A DNA stretch of 40,220 nucleotides from an uncultured Gemmatimonadota bacterium (GCA_964392705.1 CAYMQZ010000005.1:1-40220); one strand, 5' to 3'; positions 1 to 9,539 are shown, numbered from the stretch's first letter. A program made the numbers and translations. Notes: generated by a model not told the origin, from the letters alone.

Positions 1-1305
1 GCCGACCCCAGGTCGTTCATCGACGCGATTCATCCCGACGACCGGGAGCGGGCGATCGCGTCGTTCGCGCCCGATGGGACGGTCATTCCGTTCGACGTCG
101 AGTATCGCGTCGTCCACCCGGACGGCACGGTCCGCTGGATCCGGGCTCGTGGTTTTCCGATCCGTGACGAGAGCGGGGAGGTCTATCGCTTCGCCGGCAT
201 CGCCGAGGACATCACGGAGCGGAAGCGGGCGGTCGATGAGATCACCCGCCAGGCGGAGGTCCTGGAGCGAGGCAATCGTCGCCTCACCTTGCTCGGAGAG
301 ATGACCGGTCTGTTGCAGACCGTGGTCTCCGTCGAGGAAGCGGCCACGATCGTCGGTGGCTACATGGCACAGGTTCACGTGGGTGACAGCGGCGCTATCT
401 ACCTCTTCAGGGAATCGCGGAACCTTCTCGACCTCCTCGCGCGCTGGGGAGATCAGGAGGTGGCCGAGAGCGTCGTCCCGGACGAGTGCTGGGGATTGCG
501 ACGCGGGCAGGCCTATCGGCCTCCCGGTCCGCAGCCCGCGCTGCGCTGCAAGCATGTGCAGCAGGTGGACGGCCCCGCCGGGTATCTCTGTCTGCCCATG
601 ATGGTCGAGGGCGGCGCCCTCGGACTGCTGCACGTCATCGTCGGCGACGAATCCCCGACGATCGGCGAAGCCGACGCGCTCTTTGCGCGACGGATGTCCG
701 AGCAGCTGGGACTGGCGCTGGCGAACCTCCGATTGCGTGAGAAGCTGCGCGTCGAAGCGATGGAGGATGCGCTGACCGGGCTCTTCAACCGCCGGTTTCT
801 CGAGATCTCGCTGGATCGTGAGTTCGCTCGTGCCACGCGCGAGAAGAAGAGCGTCGCGCTGGTCATGCTGGATATCGATCGCTTCAAGCGCTTCAACGAC
901 AACCACGGCCACGATGCCGGGGATGTCGCGCTGCGCCAGCTCGGTCAGGTGCTGATGGAGAGCTGCCGCGCGACCGATCTGGCCTGCCGCTTCGGCGGGG
1001 AGGAGTTCGCCGTGGTCCTGCCGGATGTGACGAGGGAGGCAATGGCGGCATGGGCCGAGCGCCTCCTGGAAAGAGTGCGCCTCATGAAGGTCGTGGCCGA
1101 GGGGCTGGTGTTGCCGAAGCTCACGGTCTCGATCGGCATCGCCTTCTTTCCCGAGCAGGGCGAGACGACCGCGGATGTGATCCGAGCCGCCGATCAGGCC
1201 CTGTACGCGGCCAAGAAGGCCGGACGGGACCGCTACGCGTTCAGCACCGGGAAGCCGGGAGCGGCCGCCGGCGTGAGGCAGGAAACGGGAGACGGCGCGG
1301 AATGA
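1..1305 (+). CDS. PAS/PAC-GAF-GGDEF diguanylate cyclase, 5'-truncated by the window edge
   Basis: Frame 1 is open from base 1 (IHPDDRERA..EYRVVHPDGTVRWIRARG..GIAEDITERK = PAS/PAC), then a GAF-like segment (ECWGLRRG..CLPMM), then DALTGLFNRR, DIDRFKRFND and RATD-LACRF-GGEEF (I-site plus active site). Confidence 0.93.
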   Translation, partial: ADPRSFIDAIHPDDRERAIASFAPDGTVIPFDVEYRVVHPDGTVRWIRARGFPIRDESGEVYRFAGIAEDITERKRAVDEITRQAEVLERGNRRLTLLGEMTGLLQTVVSVEEAATIVGGYMAQVHVGDSGAIYLFRESRNLLDLLARWGDQEVAESVVPDECWGLRRGQAYRPPGPQPALRCKHVQQVDGPAGYLCLPMMVEGGALGLLHVIVGDESPTIGEADALFARRMSEQLGLALANLRLREKLRVEAMEDALTGLFNRRFLEISLDREFARATREKKSVALVMLDIDRFKRFNDNHGHDAGDVALRQLGQVLMESCRATDLACRFGGEEFAVVLPDVTREAMAAWAERLLERVRLMKVVAEGLVLPKLTVSIGIAFFPEQGETTADVIRAADQALYAAKKAGRDRYAFSTGKPGAAAGVRQETGDGAE

Positions 1306-1363
1306 TGGGCGCCGAGATGCCGCCCGTTCGCGCTCCCCGGTGTGCCGTCGCGATCCAGGCCCT

Positions 1364-2038
1364 TCAGCGGACGTCGCGTACAGGCACGAACAAGGCCGCA
1401 TCGGCGTAGGCCCGGCCGTCCTCGGCGGCCCGGACCGCGAGGTACGCCTCCCGGTGGGGATCGAACCGGAACTCGCCCAACCGCACCCACGAGACGATGC
1501 CGTGCTGGAGCCCGCCGTGGATCTCGTCCGGCTCGCGCATGTCGACCGTGAGGGTGTCGACGCCGTCGGCGTGGCGGACGACGACGGGCACGGCGGTCGA
1601 GAGCGCTTCCGACCTCGGCCAGTAGAGGTGGACGTCGTAGGCCCCTTCCGCCGGGATGTCCGGCACGAAGCGCACCTCGCCCGGCCCCCCGCCGTCGTGG
1701 CGGAGGGCGGTCATCCCGAACTTCCCCTCCGGCGACTCGCGGCTCCACGAGCCCGAGATCTGCACGCGATCCGCGTCCCCGTCGTCCACCAGCGCCTCGG
1801 GCGTGCTGCCGTCGGCCAGCGGGTTCTCCTTCAGCTCGCGCTGGAGGGCCGCCACGTCGACGGCCTGGACGAGGGTGTCGGCGTCGATCGCCATGGAGGC
1901 GGCGACGGCGGCTACCTGTCCCAGCACCATGTAGACCGGCTCCATGCGGATCGAGCCGAACGCGATGTGGGAGGCCGATAGCGCCACGGGCACGAGCAGG
2001 TTCGTCACCTCCTCCCGCTTCGGGGTGAGCGAGCGCAC
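1364..2038 (-). pseudogene. 3' fragment (~224 aa) of the FAD oxidoreductase gene at 16809-18869: end of the FAD domain plus golvesin/xanthan-lyase-like C-terminal domain
   Basis: 1458-2035 is identical to 16903-17480. It lacks the signal peptide and Rossmann motif, and homology stops abruptly at 2035. A GTG at 2038 could allow expression, but the RBS is weak. Confidence 0.8.
1458..2035. repeat. 578-bp direct repeat, copy 1 (copy 2 at 16903-17480, offset 15445)
   Basis: Manual comparison found no differences, and the two copies give identical translations in several frames (e.g. ORFs 1656-1934 and 17101-17379). Confidence 0.95.
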
Positions 2039-2165
2039 TCGCTCCGCTTCGTGCGCCCGGCAGGACTCGGTGTCGCTCGCTGCCGCTCGCGACGTGACTC
2101 CTCCATGGTTCAGCAGCGCCGCCGTGTTGTGGTCGCTCGCTGGGCGCTCGTGACGCGACTCCTCC
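2027..2165. repeat. Cluster of REP-like imperfect palindromes
   Basis: gtcgctcgctgccgctcgcgacgtgactcctcc (2072-2104) and gtcgctcgctgggcgctcgtgacgcgactcctcc (2132-2165), period 60; a related hairpin gcgcac-tcgctccgcttc-gtgcgc lies at 2033-2056. Confidence 0.65.
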
Positions 2166-2550
2166 CGGGCGCATAGCCTCCCGCGATGGCGGCCCTGGTG
2201 AACCAGCCGCGCACGCCGGACGTCGCGCTACGGCCGGGGGGCAGGGTGGACCACCCGCCCGGCGACCTCTACCGCTTCGCGGAGCTCACGTGCCAGCCGA
2301 TCCCCCCACGAGTGGCGCCGGCGATCCGATCCGGAGCGCGTCGTCGCCCACCGGCGGCCGCGCCGCGCCCGGGTGTCCGATCGCGAACAGTCGGTCCCGG
2401 ATTCGCACACGACCGGATCCCGCGGATCCATCGTGATTCTGGCGTAAGCACGGGCCGCACAATCACTTCGATTTTGTCGAGCGTCCGGTATGTCCCGTGC
2501 ACCGCGAGCCGGTCGCCGGGTGGGGGCGCTCTCAGACGGAAAGGACACCG

Positions 2551-4965
2551 ATGGACACGCTGCTCCAGGACGTGCGGTTCGCCCTCCGACAGCTCCGCAG
2601 GCGTCCGACGTTCACGGCCGTGGCCGTGCTCACCCTGGGGCTGGGCATCGGCGCGGCGACCGCGATCTTCAACGCCGCCGAGGTGGCGCTCTTGCGGCCC
2701 CTGCCCTTCGAGCACGAGGACCGGCTCGTGCGCGTCTTCCGGGTGCCGGAGGCGGGCACGCCGCGGATCAGCCTGCGGCCGCGCACCTACGCGGCCGTCG
2801 AGCGGCGCGGGCGGTTCTTCGACCGGATCGTCGCCCAGCGCTACACCACCTTCGCGCACCCGACCGATGCCGGACCGGAGCGTGTGGTGGGAATCGCGGT
2901 CACGGCCGGGTGGGCCGAGACGCTCGGCGTGCGGGTCCACCTCGGCCGCACCTTCACGCCGGAGGAGGAGCGCCTGGGAGCGGCGAGCGGGGTGGTTCTG
3001 CTCAGCTACGGCGCCTGGCAGCGACGGTTCGGCGGCGACGAGCGGGCCCTCGGCCGGCGCATCGAGCTGAACGGCCGCCCGTACGAGGTCGTGGGGGTCA
3101 TGCAGCCGGGACTGAGCTACCCGTACAACGCGGAGCTGTGGGTGCCGATGCGGGTGGAGGACGAGCAGGTCGGTCCCTGGTCGTTCAACGTCCAGGCTCG
3201 ACTGCGGCCGGGAGTCACCCTGCACTCCGCCCGCGAGGAGCTCCGGGCCATCGCCCGCGAGGCGGAGCGCACCGGCGAGGCGCCGGCGCTCGACGCCGAG
3301 GGCATGACCCTGACGGCGGTGCCGTTCCGCGAGCTGTTCGTGGGCGAAGAGGGGCGTACGACGCTGGCCCTGCTGGGCGCCGTGGGGTTCCTGCTGCTCA
3401 TGGTGTGCGCCAACCTCGCCAACCTGCTCCTGGCGAGGGGGCTGAGCCGGGGGCGGGAGCTCGCCGTCCGGGCCAGCGTCGGCGCATCGCGCGGCCGGCT
3501 CGTGCGGCAGCTCTTCACGGAGAGCCTGGTCCTGGGCGGCCTCGGCAGCGCCTTGGGCATCGGCCTGGCCCGCCTGGGCAGCGGGCTGGCGCGCCCGCTC
3601 CTCCCGGGTCCGCTCGAGTACGTGGAGGCCGACGTGACCATGAACGTGCCGGTGCTTGCCTTCGCGGTGGGCCTCGCCCTGCTCGTCACCCTCCTGTTCG
3701 GCCTGCTTCCGGCGCTGCGTCTGTCCCGACTGGGCTCCGAGGCCGGCCCGATGCGCACCAGGGGCGCGGCCGGCGACCCTTCCGGGCGCCGGCTCGGCGG
3801 ATCGCTGGTCGTGGCCGAGATCGCGCTCGGCCTGGTGCTGCTGACCGGCGCGGGGCTCGTGGTGCAGGACCTCCGCCGGCTGGCGTCGGTCGACCTGGGA
3901 TACGAGCCGACGGGCCTCCTGACTCTGTCAGCCTCGCTGAGCCGCGAGCCGTATACGGAGCCCCCGGGGAGGGTCGACTTCCTCTCCCGGGCGGTCTCCG
4001 AGCTGGCCGCGCTGCCCGATGTGTCCGCCGCCGGCGTGACCTCGATGTTCCCGTCCGACCGGGGGAACGCCCTGGCCCGCGTCGAGATCGAGGGCCGCGA
4101 GACCGCGCCCGGCACGCCCCCGCTGGTCAATCACCGGCTGGTTACGCCGGGCTTCTTCGAGGCGCTGGGCGTCGCCCTGGTCGCCGGCCGCGGCATCTCG
4201 GAGCGTGACCGCGCCGACGCCGCTCCCGTGGTCGTGGTCAGCGCCGCGATGGCGCGCCGGTTCTGGCCCGGCGAGGATCCGATCGGACGGCGCGTGCGGC
4301 GCCGCGGGGACGAAGAGGGCGAGTGGATGACGGTGGTGGGGATCGTCGAGGATGTCAGGAAGTTCTTCGACGTCCGGGAGACGTGGTATCTGCCGTACGC
4401 GCAGCACGCCGACGAGCGCTCCGCGTCCAGCGCGACCTTCGTCCTGCGAAGCGCGAGCGGGGGCCCGCCGCCCGCGTCGCGGGTGCGTGCCGCGATGGCC
4501 GGAGTGGCACCCGAGCTGCCGGTGGTGGATCTCGCCACAGCCCGGGAGCTCCACTCGGAGTCGCTGACCCGCCAGCGTCAGGCCGCGGGTCTGAGCGCGG
4601 GGTTCGCGGGATTCGGCCTGCTGCTGGCGGCGATGGGAGTCTACGGATCGATCTCGTACGCGGTGAACCGTCGCAGACGAGAGCTCGGGGTCCGGATGGC
4701 GCTGGGCAGCGACCGGGAGAGAATCCTCCGGATGGTGCTCGGCGAAGGGCTCCGTCTCGTGCTCCTCGGAACCGCGCTGGGAGCGCTGGGAGCGTTCGGT
4801 GTGACGCGCCTGCTGCGGGGGGCCCTGACGGAGGTGAGCGGGCTGGACCCGCTCATCGTCGTCGGCGCCGTGCTCGTGCTCGGGTGTACCGCGATCGGGG
4901 CCACGGCCGTGCCCGCGCGCCGCGCGGCCCGAACCGATCCGATGAGCGTGCTCCGGGAGGAGTGA
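2551..4965 (+). CDS. ADOP-family duplicated ABC permease (2x MacB_PCD + FtsX), 804 aa
   Basis: Canonical start MDTLLQDVRFALRQL..AVLTLGLGIGA after aagga; CANLANLLLAR..RELAVR..GASR; second repeat RRRELGVRMALG; ends PARRAARTDPMSVLREE. Confidence 0.93.
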   Translation: MDTLLQDVRFALRQLRRRPTFTAVAVLTLGLGIGAATAIFNAAEVALLRPLPFEHEDRLVRVFRVPEAGTPRISLRPRTYAAVERRGRFFDRIVAQRYTTFAHPTDAGPERVVGIAVTAGWAETLGVRVHLGRTFTPEEERLGAASGVVLLSYGAWQRRFGGDERALGRRIELNGRPYEVVGVMQPGLSYPYNAELWVPMRVEDEQVGPWSFNVQARLRPGVTLHSAREELRAIAREAERTGEAPALDAEGMTLTAVPFRELFVGEEGRTTLALLGAVGFLLLMVCANLANLLLARGLSRGRELAVRASVGASRGRLVRQLFTESLVLGGLGSALGIGLARLGSGLARPLLPGPLEYVEADVTMNVPVLAFAVGLALLVTLLFGLLPALRLSRLGSEAGPMRTRGAAGDPSGRRLGGSLVVAEIALGLVLLTGAGLVVQDLRRLASVDLGYEPTGLLTLSASLSREPYTEPPGRVDFLSRAVSELAALPDVSAAGVTSMFPSDRGNALARVEIEGRETAPGTPPLVNHRLVTPGFFEALGVALVAGRGISERDRADAAPVVVVSAAMARRFWPGEDPIGRRVRRRGDEEGEWMTVVGIVEDVRKFFDVRETWYLPYAQHADERSASSATFVLRSASGGPPPASRVRAAMAGVAPELPVVDLATARELHSESLTRQRQAAGLSAGFAGFGLLLAAMGVYGSISYAVNRRRRELGVRMALGSDRERILRMVLGEGLRLVLLGTALGALGAFGVTRLLRGALTEVSGLDPLIVVGAVLVLGCTAIGATAVPARRAARTDPMSVLREE

Positions 4966-5088
4966 AGGGGGGGAGAGGGTCTACGGCTCCTGCGGGTCGC
5001 CTCCCACATAGCCGCCCTCGAAGCGCCGTCGCCAGTCGGCTCGGTCGCTGAGGGCGACGGGCTTGAGCGGGTCGATCGCGCGTGGGAT

Positions 5089-7743
5089 CTACTGCGCCTT
5101 CAGCACCTGCGACGGCTCGGTGGAGACGGCCCGGCGAGCCGGGAGTCCGGCGGCCAGCGCGGCGACCGCCAGCAGGACGCACGCCGTACCGAGAAAGGCG
5201 CGCGGATCGGCCGGGGCCACGCCGAACAGGACGGCATCCAGCACGTCGGAGAAGAGGAGGGAGAGCCCCCACCCTGCCGCGATGCCTGCGGCCGTCAGCA
5301 GGAGCATCCGTCGCAGGACGCCCAGGACGATGTCTGGGCCCGATGCTCCCAGCGCCATCCGGATCCCGATCTCGGGCTCCCGTTCCGCGACCGTCTGCGA
5401 CAGCACCCCGTAGATTCCGAGCGCGGCGAGCAACAGGGCGGCGACGCCGAAGGCGGAGAGGATGCCGAGGGCGAAGCGGCGGTCGGAGACGGCGCCCGCG
5501 ACGGTCGACTCGAGTGACCAGAACTCGTGTCTCGGCATGCCGGGGTCGACCTCCTCGAGCAGCCCGGACACGGTGGCGACCACCTGCGAAGGCGGCAGAC
5601 GCGACCGCACGACGAGGTCCGTGCCGAGGACGTCGGGCATCTGCGCATACGGGAAGTAGACCTCGATGCCGGCGCCCGTCTCCGGCGACAGGTGCCGCAC
5701 ATCCCGCGTGACACCCACGACCTCCCACTCCCAGTCGCCAAAGAACGCGAGACGGCGCCCGAGGGCCTCCTCCTCATTCCCGAAGATCCGCCGCGCCCCG
5801 GTCTGGTTGAGGAGGACCACGGGCGTCGACCCCTCCCGGTCGGCCGGCGAGAAGTTGCGACCGGCCACCAGCGGGATCCGCATGGTCGGCAGGTAGCCCG
5901 GACCGACGACGTGGGGGAACACGCCCTCACCGGTGTCTTCCTGTCCCGGCCGGTCGACGACCCTGAACGGCCACTCTCGATTGCGGCCCAGCGGCAGGGC
6001 ATCGATGAGGCCGACGCTCTGGATGCCGGCGGCCGCCTCCACCCGCTCGGCGAGGCGGGCGTAGGACCCGCTTCGCTCCTGGTGGGATTCGAAGTCGGTA
6101 CTGCGGCCGAGCTGCCAGGCGATCGTGTTCGCGGGCTCGAACCCGAGATCCACGTCGAGGACGGCCCGGAAGCTCGCGAGCAGCAATCCTCCGACGACGA
6201 GCAACGCGCAGGCGAGCGCCACCTCCACCATCACGAGCCCCTCCCGTAGACGACGGGCACCGCGGCTCGCGCTGCTTCCGCGTGAGGCGGCCTGAAGCAC
6301 AACGGCCTCCCCGCCTTCGGCCACCTGGAGCGCCGGGATCGTCCCCACCGCGACTCCCGTGAGCACGGCCACGCCGGCCGCGACGAGGAGCGCGGAAGTG
6401 TCGAGCTCGACCGAGTCCATGAGGGGGATGTGGATCATGGCCGCGTTCCGCACGAGGCCCGTGGCGAGCCGGGCCAGGAGGCTCCCGAACGCCGCGCCGA
6501 CGAGCGAGATCCCCAGCGTCTCGAGCACGAGCTGCCGCATCAGCCGCGCGCGCGGCGCCCCGAGGGCCTTCCGGACCGCCATCTCGCGGGCGCGCGACGG
6601 CGACCGCGCCAGCAGGAGCCCGGAGACGTTCACGCACACGATGAGGAGGAGCATCCCCGCGGCGGCCGCGAGCAGGAGCAGGGAGCCGCGGAACGGCCCG
6701 GCGAGGTGGTCCTGGAGTGTCTCGAGCTCCGCTCCGAGGCCCCAGCGCTCCGGATCCTCCTCCCCGAGCGCCGCGATGAGCGCGGCCAGCTCGGTCTGCG
6801 CCGCCTCGGGCGTCACGCCGGGCCGCAGTCGCCCGATGAGGGCGAGAACGTTCCCCTGGAAGGCGTTGTCCCTCGAGACCACGAACGGCAGGAGGAAGTC
6901 CACCTCGACCCCCGGGGTGAAGACCGAAGAGAAGTCGAAGCTGGCCGGCAGCACCCCCACCACCGTGCGGGGGATGCCGTTCAAGGTGACGCCCCGTCCG
7001 ACGACGGTCCGATCGGAGGCGAAGCGATCGCGCCACAGCCGGTGCGAGAGGATCACCGCCCGGGGGCCGCCCCGCTGGCCCTCTTCCGCGGTGAAGCTCC
7101 GCCCATGGAGCGGTCGGACGCCGAGCACGTCGAGGAAGTCGTGCGCCACGCCGACGCCGACGAGGCTCTCGGGCTCGCCGGCGCCCGCCAGGGTGTAGGC
7201 GCGTTTCGCGAAGAACGCATCGTAGCCGGTGATCCCGCTGAACGACCGGGTCCGGGCCCGGAAGTCGATCAGGTTCACGGTCCGCTGGGTGACCGCGGAG
7301 AGCGAGCTGTCCCCCGCCGCCTCGCTGTTGGAGATCCACACGAGCTCGTGCCCATCCTCCAACGGGAGGGCGACCGCGAGGGGCTTCAGGACGCTGTAGA
7401 CCGTGGTCACGGCGCCCACGCCGAGACCGATCACCGCGCCCACGAAGAGCGCGAAGCCGGGGGAGCGTCGGAGCATGCGGGCCGCGTGGACGGCATCCTC
7501 CGCGAGGCTTCCCGGGCGGGGCACGGAGGCGCGCCGGAGCGAGCGGAGGAGCGCGTGGGCGAGACGGCCGGAGGCGAGGCCGACGGCTTCGCGCCAGTAC
7601 CATAGCCGCGCCGCCGTCCGCCCCCGCGACTCGAGGACGCGGCTGAAGTCCTCGTGCAGGTCGCCGAGGATCGCGGAAGCGGCCGGGTCGCCCCGAAAGG
7701 CGCGGGCGAGGAGGCGCGTCGCCAGGCGCGGCGGGTGCGTCAC
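5089..7743 (-). CDS. ADOP-family duplicated ABC permease with N-terminal permease-prefix extension, 884 aa
   Basis: The GTG start overlaps the PadR stop (GTGA). Prefix HPPRLATRLL..GDLHEDF..WYWRE; CVNVSGLLLAR..REMAVRKALGA; EIGIRMALGA; PARRA C-terminus. Confidence 0.92.
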   Translation of the reverse strand: MTHPPRLATRLLARAFRGDPAASAILGDLHEDFSRVLESRGRTAARLWYWREAVGLASGRLAHALLRSLRRASVPRPGSLAEDAVHAARMLRRSPGFALFVGAVIGLGVGAVTTVYSVLKPLAVALPLEDGHELVWISNSEAAGDSSLSAVTQRTVNLIDFRARTRSFSGITGYDAFFAKRAYTLAGAGEPESLVGVGVAHDFLDVLGVRPLHGRSFTAEEGQRGGPRAVILSHRLWRDRFASDRTVVGRGVTLNGIPRTVVGVLPASFDFSSVFTPGVEVDFLLPFVVSRDNAFQGNVLALIGRLRPGVTPEAAQTELAALIAALGEEDPERWGLGAELETLQDHLAGPFRGSLLLLAAAAGMLLLIVCVNVSGLLLARSPSRAREMAVRKALGAPRARLMRQLVLETLGISLVGAAFGSLLARLATGLVRNAAMIHIPLMDSVELDTSALLVAAGVAVLTGVAVGTIPALQVAEGGEAVVLQAASRGSSASRGARRLREGLVMVEVALACALLVVGGLLLASFRAVLDVDLGFEPANTIAWQLGRSTDFESHQERSGSYARLAERVEAAAGIQSVGLIDALPLGRNREWPFRVVDRPGQEDTGEGVFPHVVGPGYLPTMRIPLVAGRNFSPADREGSTPVVLLNQTGARRIFGNEEEALGRRLAFFGDWEWEVVGVTRDVRHLSPETGAGIEVYFPYAQMPDVLGTDLVVRSRLPPSQVVATVSGLLEEVDPGMPRHEFWSLESTVAGAVSDRRFALGILSAFGVAALLLAALGIYGVLSQTVAEREPEIGIRMALGASGPDIVLGVLRRMLLLTAAGIAAGWGLSLLFSDVLDAVLFGVAPADPRAFLGTACVLLAVAALAAGLPARRAVSTEPSQVLKAQ

Positions 7744-8066
7744 GCCTCCCCCAGTACCGGTTCCAGGCCGTCGAGGAACGTGACGAGGACGGCCCGGGTC
7801 TCGCGCACCGCTGCCAGCCCATCCTCGGTCACCAGGAGCCGCCTCATCGGGTGGCCGCCCCGCTCCGGGACCTGGCTGGGCTCCAGCTCCCACGCGAGGA
7901 ACCTCTTCTCGACGAGCCGGTCGATGGTTCGGTAGAGCGCGCCCCGGGTCACGCGTCGCCCGGCGTTCGCCTCCAGGTCCTCGCGCACGCGGTTGGCGTA
8001 CGGTGCCTCCGCCTGCCTCAGCACCGCGAGCAGCACCAGGAACTCGAACTCACCGAGTCTGGACAT
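7740..8066 (-). CDS. PadR-family transcriptional regulator
   Basis: LGEFEFLVLLAVL..GALYRTIDRLVEKRFL..ERGG..RR..VTEDG winged helix; translationally coupled to the ADOP permease. Confidence 0.92.
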   Translation of the reverse strand: MSRLGEFEFLVLLAVLRQAEAPYANRVREDLEANAGRRVTRGALYRTIDRLVEKRFLAWELEPSQVPERGGHPMRRLLVTEDGLAAVRETRAVLVTFLDGLEPVLGEA

Positions 8067-8099
8067 CAGCGGTCCCTTCGCGGTTCTGTCGCCGGGGCG

Positions 8100-9449
8100 T
8101 CACGGGGGCGCCGTTCCGCCGACCGACACGGCCGTCGTCCAGATCTCGAAGGCTCCGCCGCGCGCGTCCGGCCAGAGCACGTGGAAGCGTCCATCCGCTC
8201 CGGCGGCGAGGCCGAAGTAGTCGCCCCCTCTCGGCCATCGTCGGACCGGGAACTCACCCGCGCGAGAGGCGTCGGGACAGGAGAGCTCCGTCGCGACTCG
8301 AACGGCGGGGCCGAAGGTCAGCCCGCCATCCACCGACGCGGCGAAATAGGGAGCGTAGCATCGCCCGGAAGGATCGTCCCGCCCGTCCATCCAGGCGACG
8401 CCGACCACTCCCTGACCGTTCACGGCGACCTGGGGCTCGGACCGCGAACCGTCCTCCGATGCGGGTGGCTCTAGCGGCGTCGCGGCGGACCACACCTCGC
8501 CGTGATCGGTCGAGTACGCGAGCAGGATCGACCGTTGCTCGTCCCCCTCACAAAGCTTGTAGAGCCGGTCCTGGAAGGGGCCGCTCGACGTATCCGCCGC
8601 CAGGAAGGTCGGGCGGTACCAGCACTCCTCCGTAACGAGCAACGGAATCGAGAAGGAATTGCCCTGGTCGGAGGAGGTCATCACCCAGGTGCGGGTGACC
8701 TCGAGCGCGCCGGCACGAGATCGGAACCCCCCCTCGGGCACAGGGCGTTGGAAATCGTTGTAGGCGATCACGAGGGTCCCATCGGAGAGCACGGCCAACC
8801 CGTCCGACCCCTGATTCAGGTTGCTCGGAACGACACGGTTCATCGTTTCGACATGCCCCCTTCCGGGCCGGACGCGTCCGACGAAGGCCATGAACCGGAG
8901 CTTCCCGGCAGCATCGCGACGACCTTGATGCGAGAGCACGTAGATCGTGCCGTCGGGCGCGGCGAGGGACCGTGGACCGTCATGCCCTCCGCCGAGGCCC
9001 TGCGGAATGTCGCGCCAGGTCTCCCCGCCGTCGCGGGAGAAGTACGCCACGAGGTTGTGGTCGGCCGGGTCCGGTAGGCTGGAGTGGGTCCCGAGGGCGG
9101 TCAGCACGGCGGTTCCCTCGTTCGTGAGCGACACCCAGGGGTCGCCGCATCCCGCGCCCCCGAGGTCACGGCGCTCCCAGTTGCGTCCCCCATCGGACGA
9201 GTGGAACGTGGCGCAGCGTTCCTCGGCCTGTGCGGGTTCCCCGGCGAGGTGGACCCAGCCGGCGGCCAACAGGTGGTCCGGATCCGAAGGATGCGTGGCG
9301 AGATGAGGTTCGATCAGCACCCGTCCGTCGGCCTCACGGGCGACCAGAACGTCCTGCTCGACGTCGTACTCGAGCTCCTGGGCCGAGGCGCCATGAGCAC
9401 CCGCTGCGATGGCTGCCATCAACCCCGCTGTTTGCCAGGACATCGTCAT
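8100..9449 (-). CDS. Secreted BNR/Asp-box beta-propeller protein (sialidase-like fold)
   Basis: Signal peptide ending ASA-Q; five Asp boxes (SSDGGRNW, SRDGGETW, SSDQGNSF, STDHGEVW, SVDGGLTF); C-terminal GDYFGLA. The start codon is uncertain (9449, 9443 or an upstream GTG). Confidence 0.85.
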   Translation of the reverse strand: MTMSWQTAGLMAAIAAGAHGASAQELEYDVEQDVLVAREADGRVLIEPHLATHPSDPDHLLAAGWVHLAGEPAQAEERCATFHSSDGGRNWERRDLGGAGCGDPWVSLTNEGTAVLTALGTHSSLPDPADHNLVAYFSRDGGETWRDIPQGLGGGHDGPRSLAAPDGTIYVLSHQGRRDAAGKLRFMAFVGRVRPGRGHVETMNRVVPSNLNQGSDGLAVLSDGTLVIAYNDFQRPVPEGGFRSRAGALEVTRTWVMTSSDQGNSFSIPLLVTEECWYRPTFLAADTSSGPFQDRLYKLCEGDEQRSILLAYSTDHGEVWSAATPLEPPASEDGSRSEPQVAVNGQGVVGVAWMDGRDDPSGRCYAPYFAASVDGGLTFGPAVRVATELSCPDASRAGEFPVRRWPRGGDYFGLAAGADGRFHVLWPDARGGAFEIWTTAVSVGGTAPP

Positions 9450-9500
9450 GAACACCCGCACGAGCACCCTCTGCACACCCCTCCGCTTGCTGGAGACGGC

Positions 9501-9539
9501 TGACGAATCGTAGTATACATTGCATACTACGAAAGTCAA
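9501..9539 (-). promoter_or_regulatory. Sigma70-type promoter overlapped by a palindromic operator (candidate PadR site)
   Basis: Minus strand TTGACT(9539-9534)-16 nt-TATACT(9517-9512); inverted repeat tcgtagtat-acattgc-atactacga (9508-9532); AT-rich patch in GC-rich DNA. Confidence 0.75.

Noticed and set aside
1364-1457. Diversity-generating retroelement TR/VR pair (with 16809-16902)
   Set aside because: The differences are not adenine-specific, many are synonymous third-position changes, and there is no reverse transcriptase in the window.
2072-2165. Mini CRISPR array (33-34-nt repeat, ~27-nt spacer)
   Set aside because: Only two non-identical copies, no cas genes or leader; it fits REP-like palindromes better.
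1233-2174. 313-aa minus-strand ORF
   Set aside because: Out-of-frame shadow of the oxidoreductase fragment; Arg/Gly/Pro-rich composition typical of GC-rich non-coding frames.
4966-5088. Rho-independent terminator between the convergent permeases
   Set aside because: GC stems exist (cgtcgcc..ggcgacg) but have a long loop and no U-tract on either strand.
8100-9449. True sialidase (nanH)
   Set aside because: Asp boxes are present but no (F/Y)RIP motif was seen, so the activity is unassigned.
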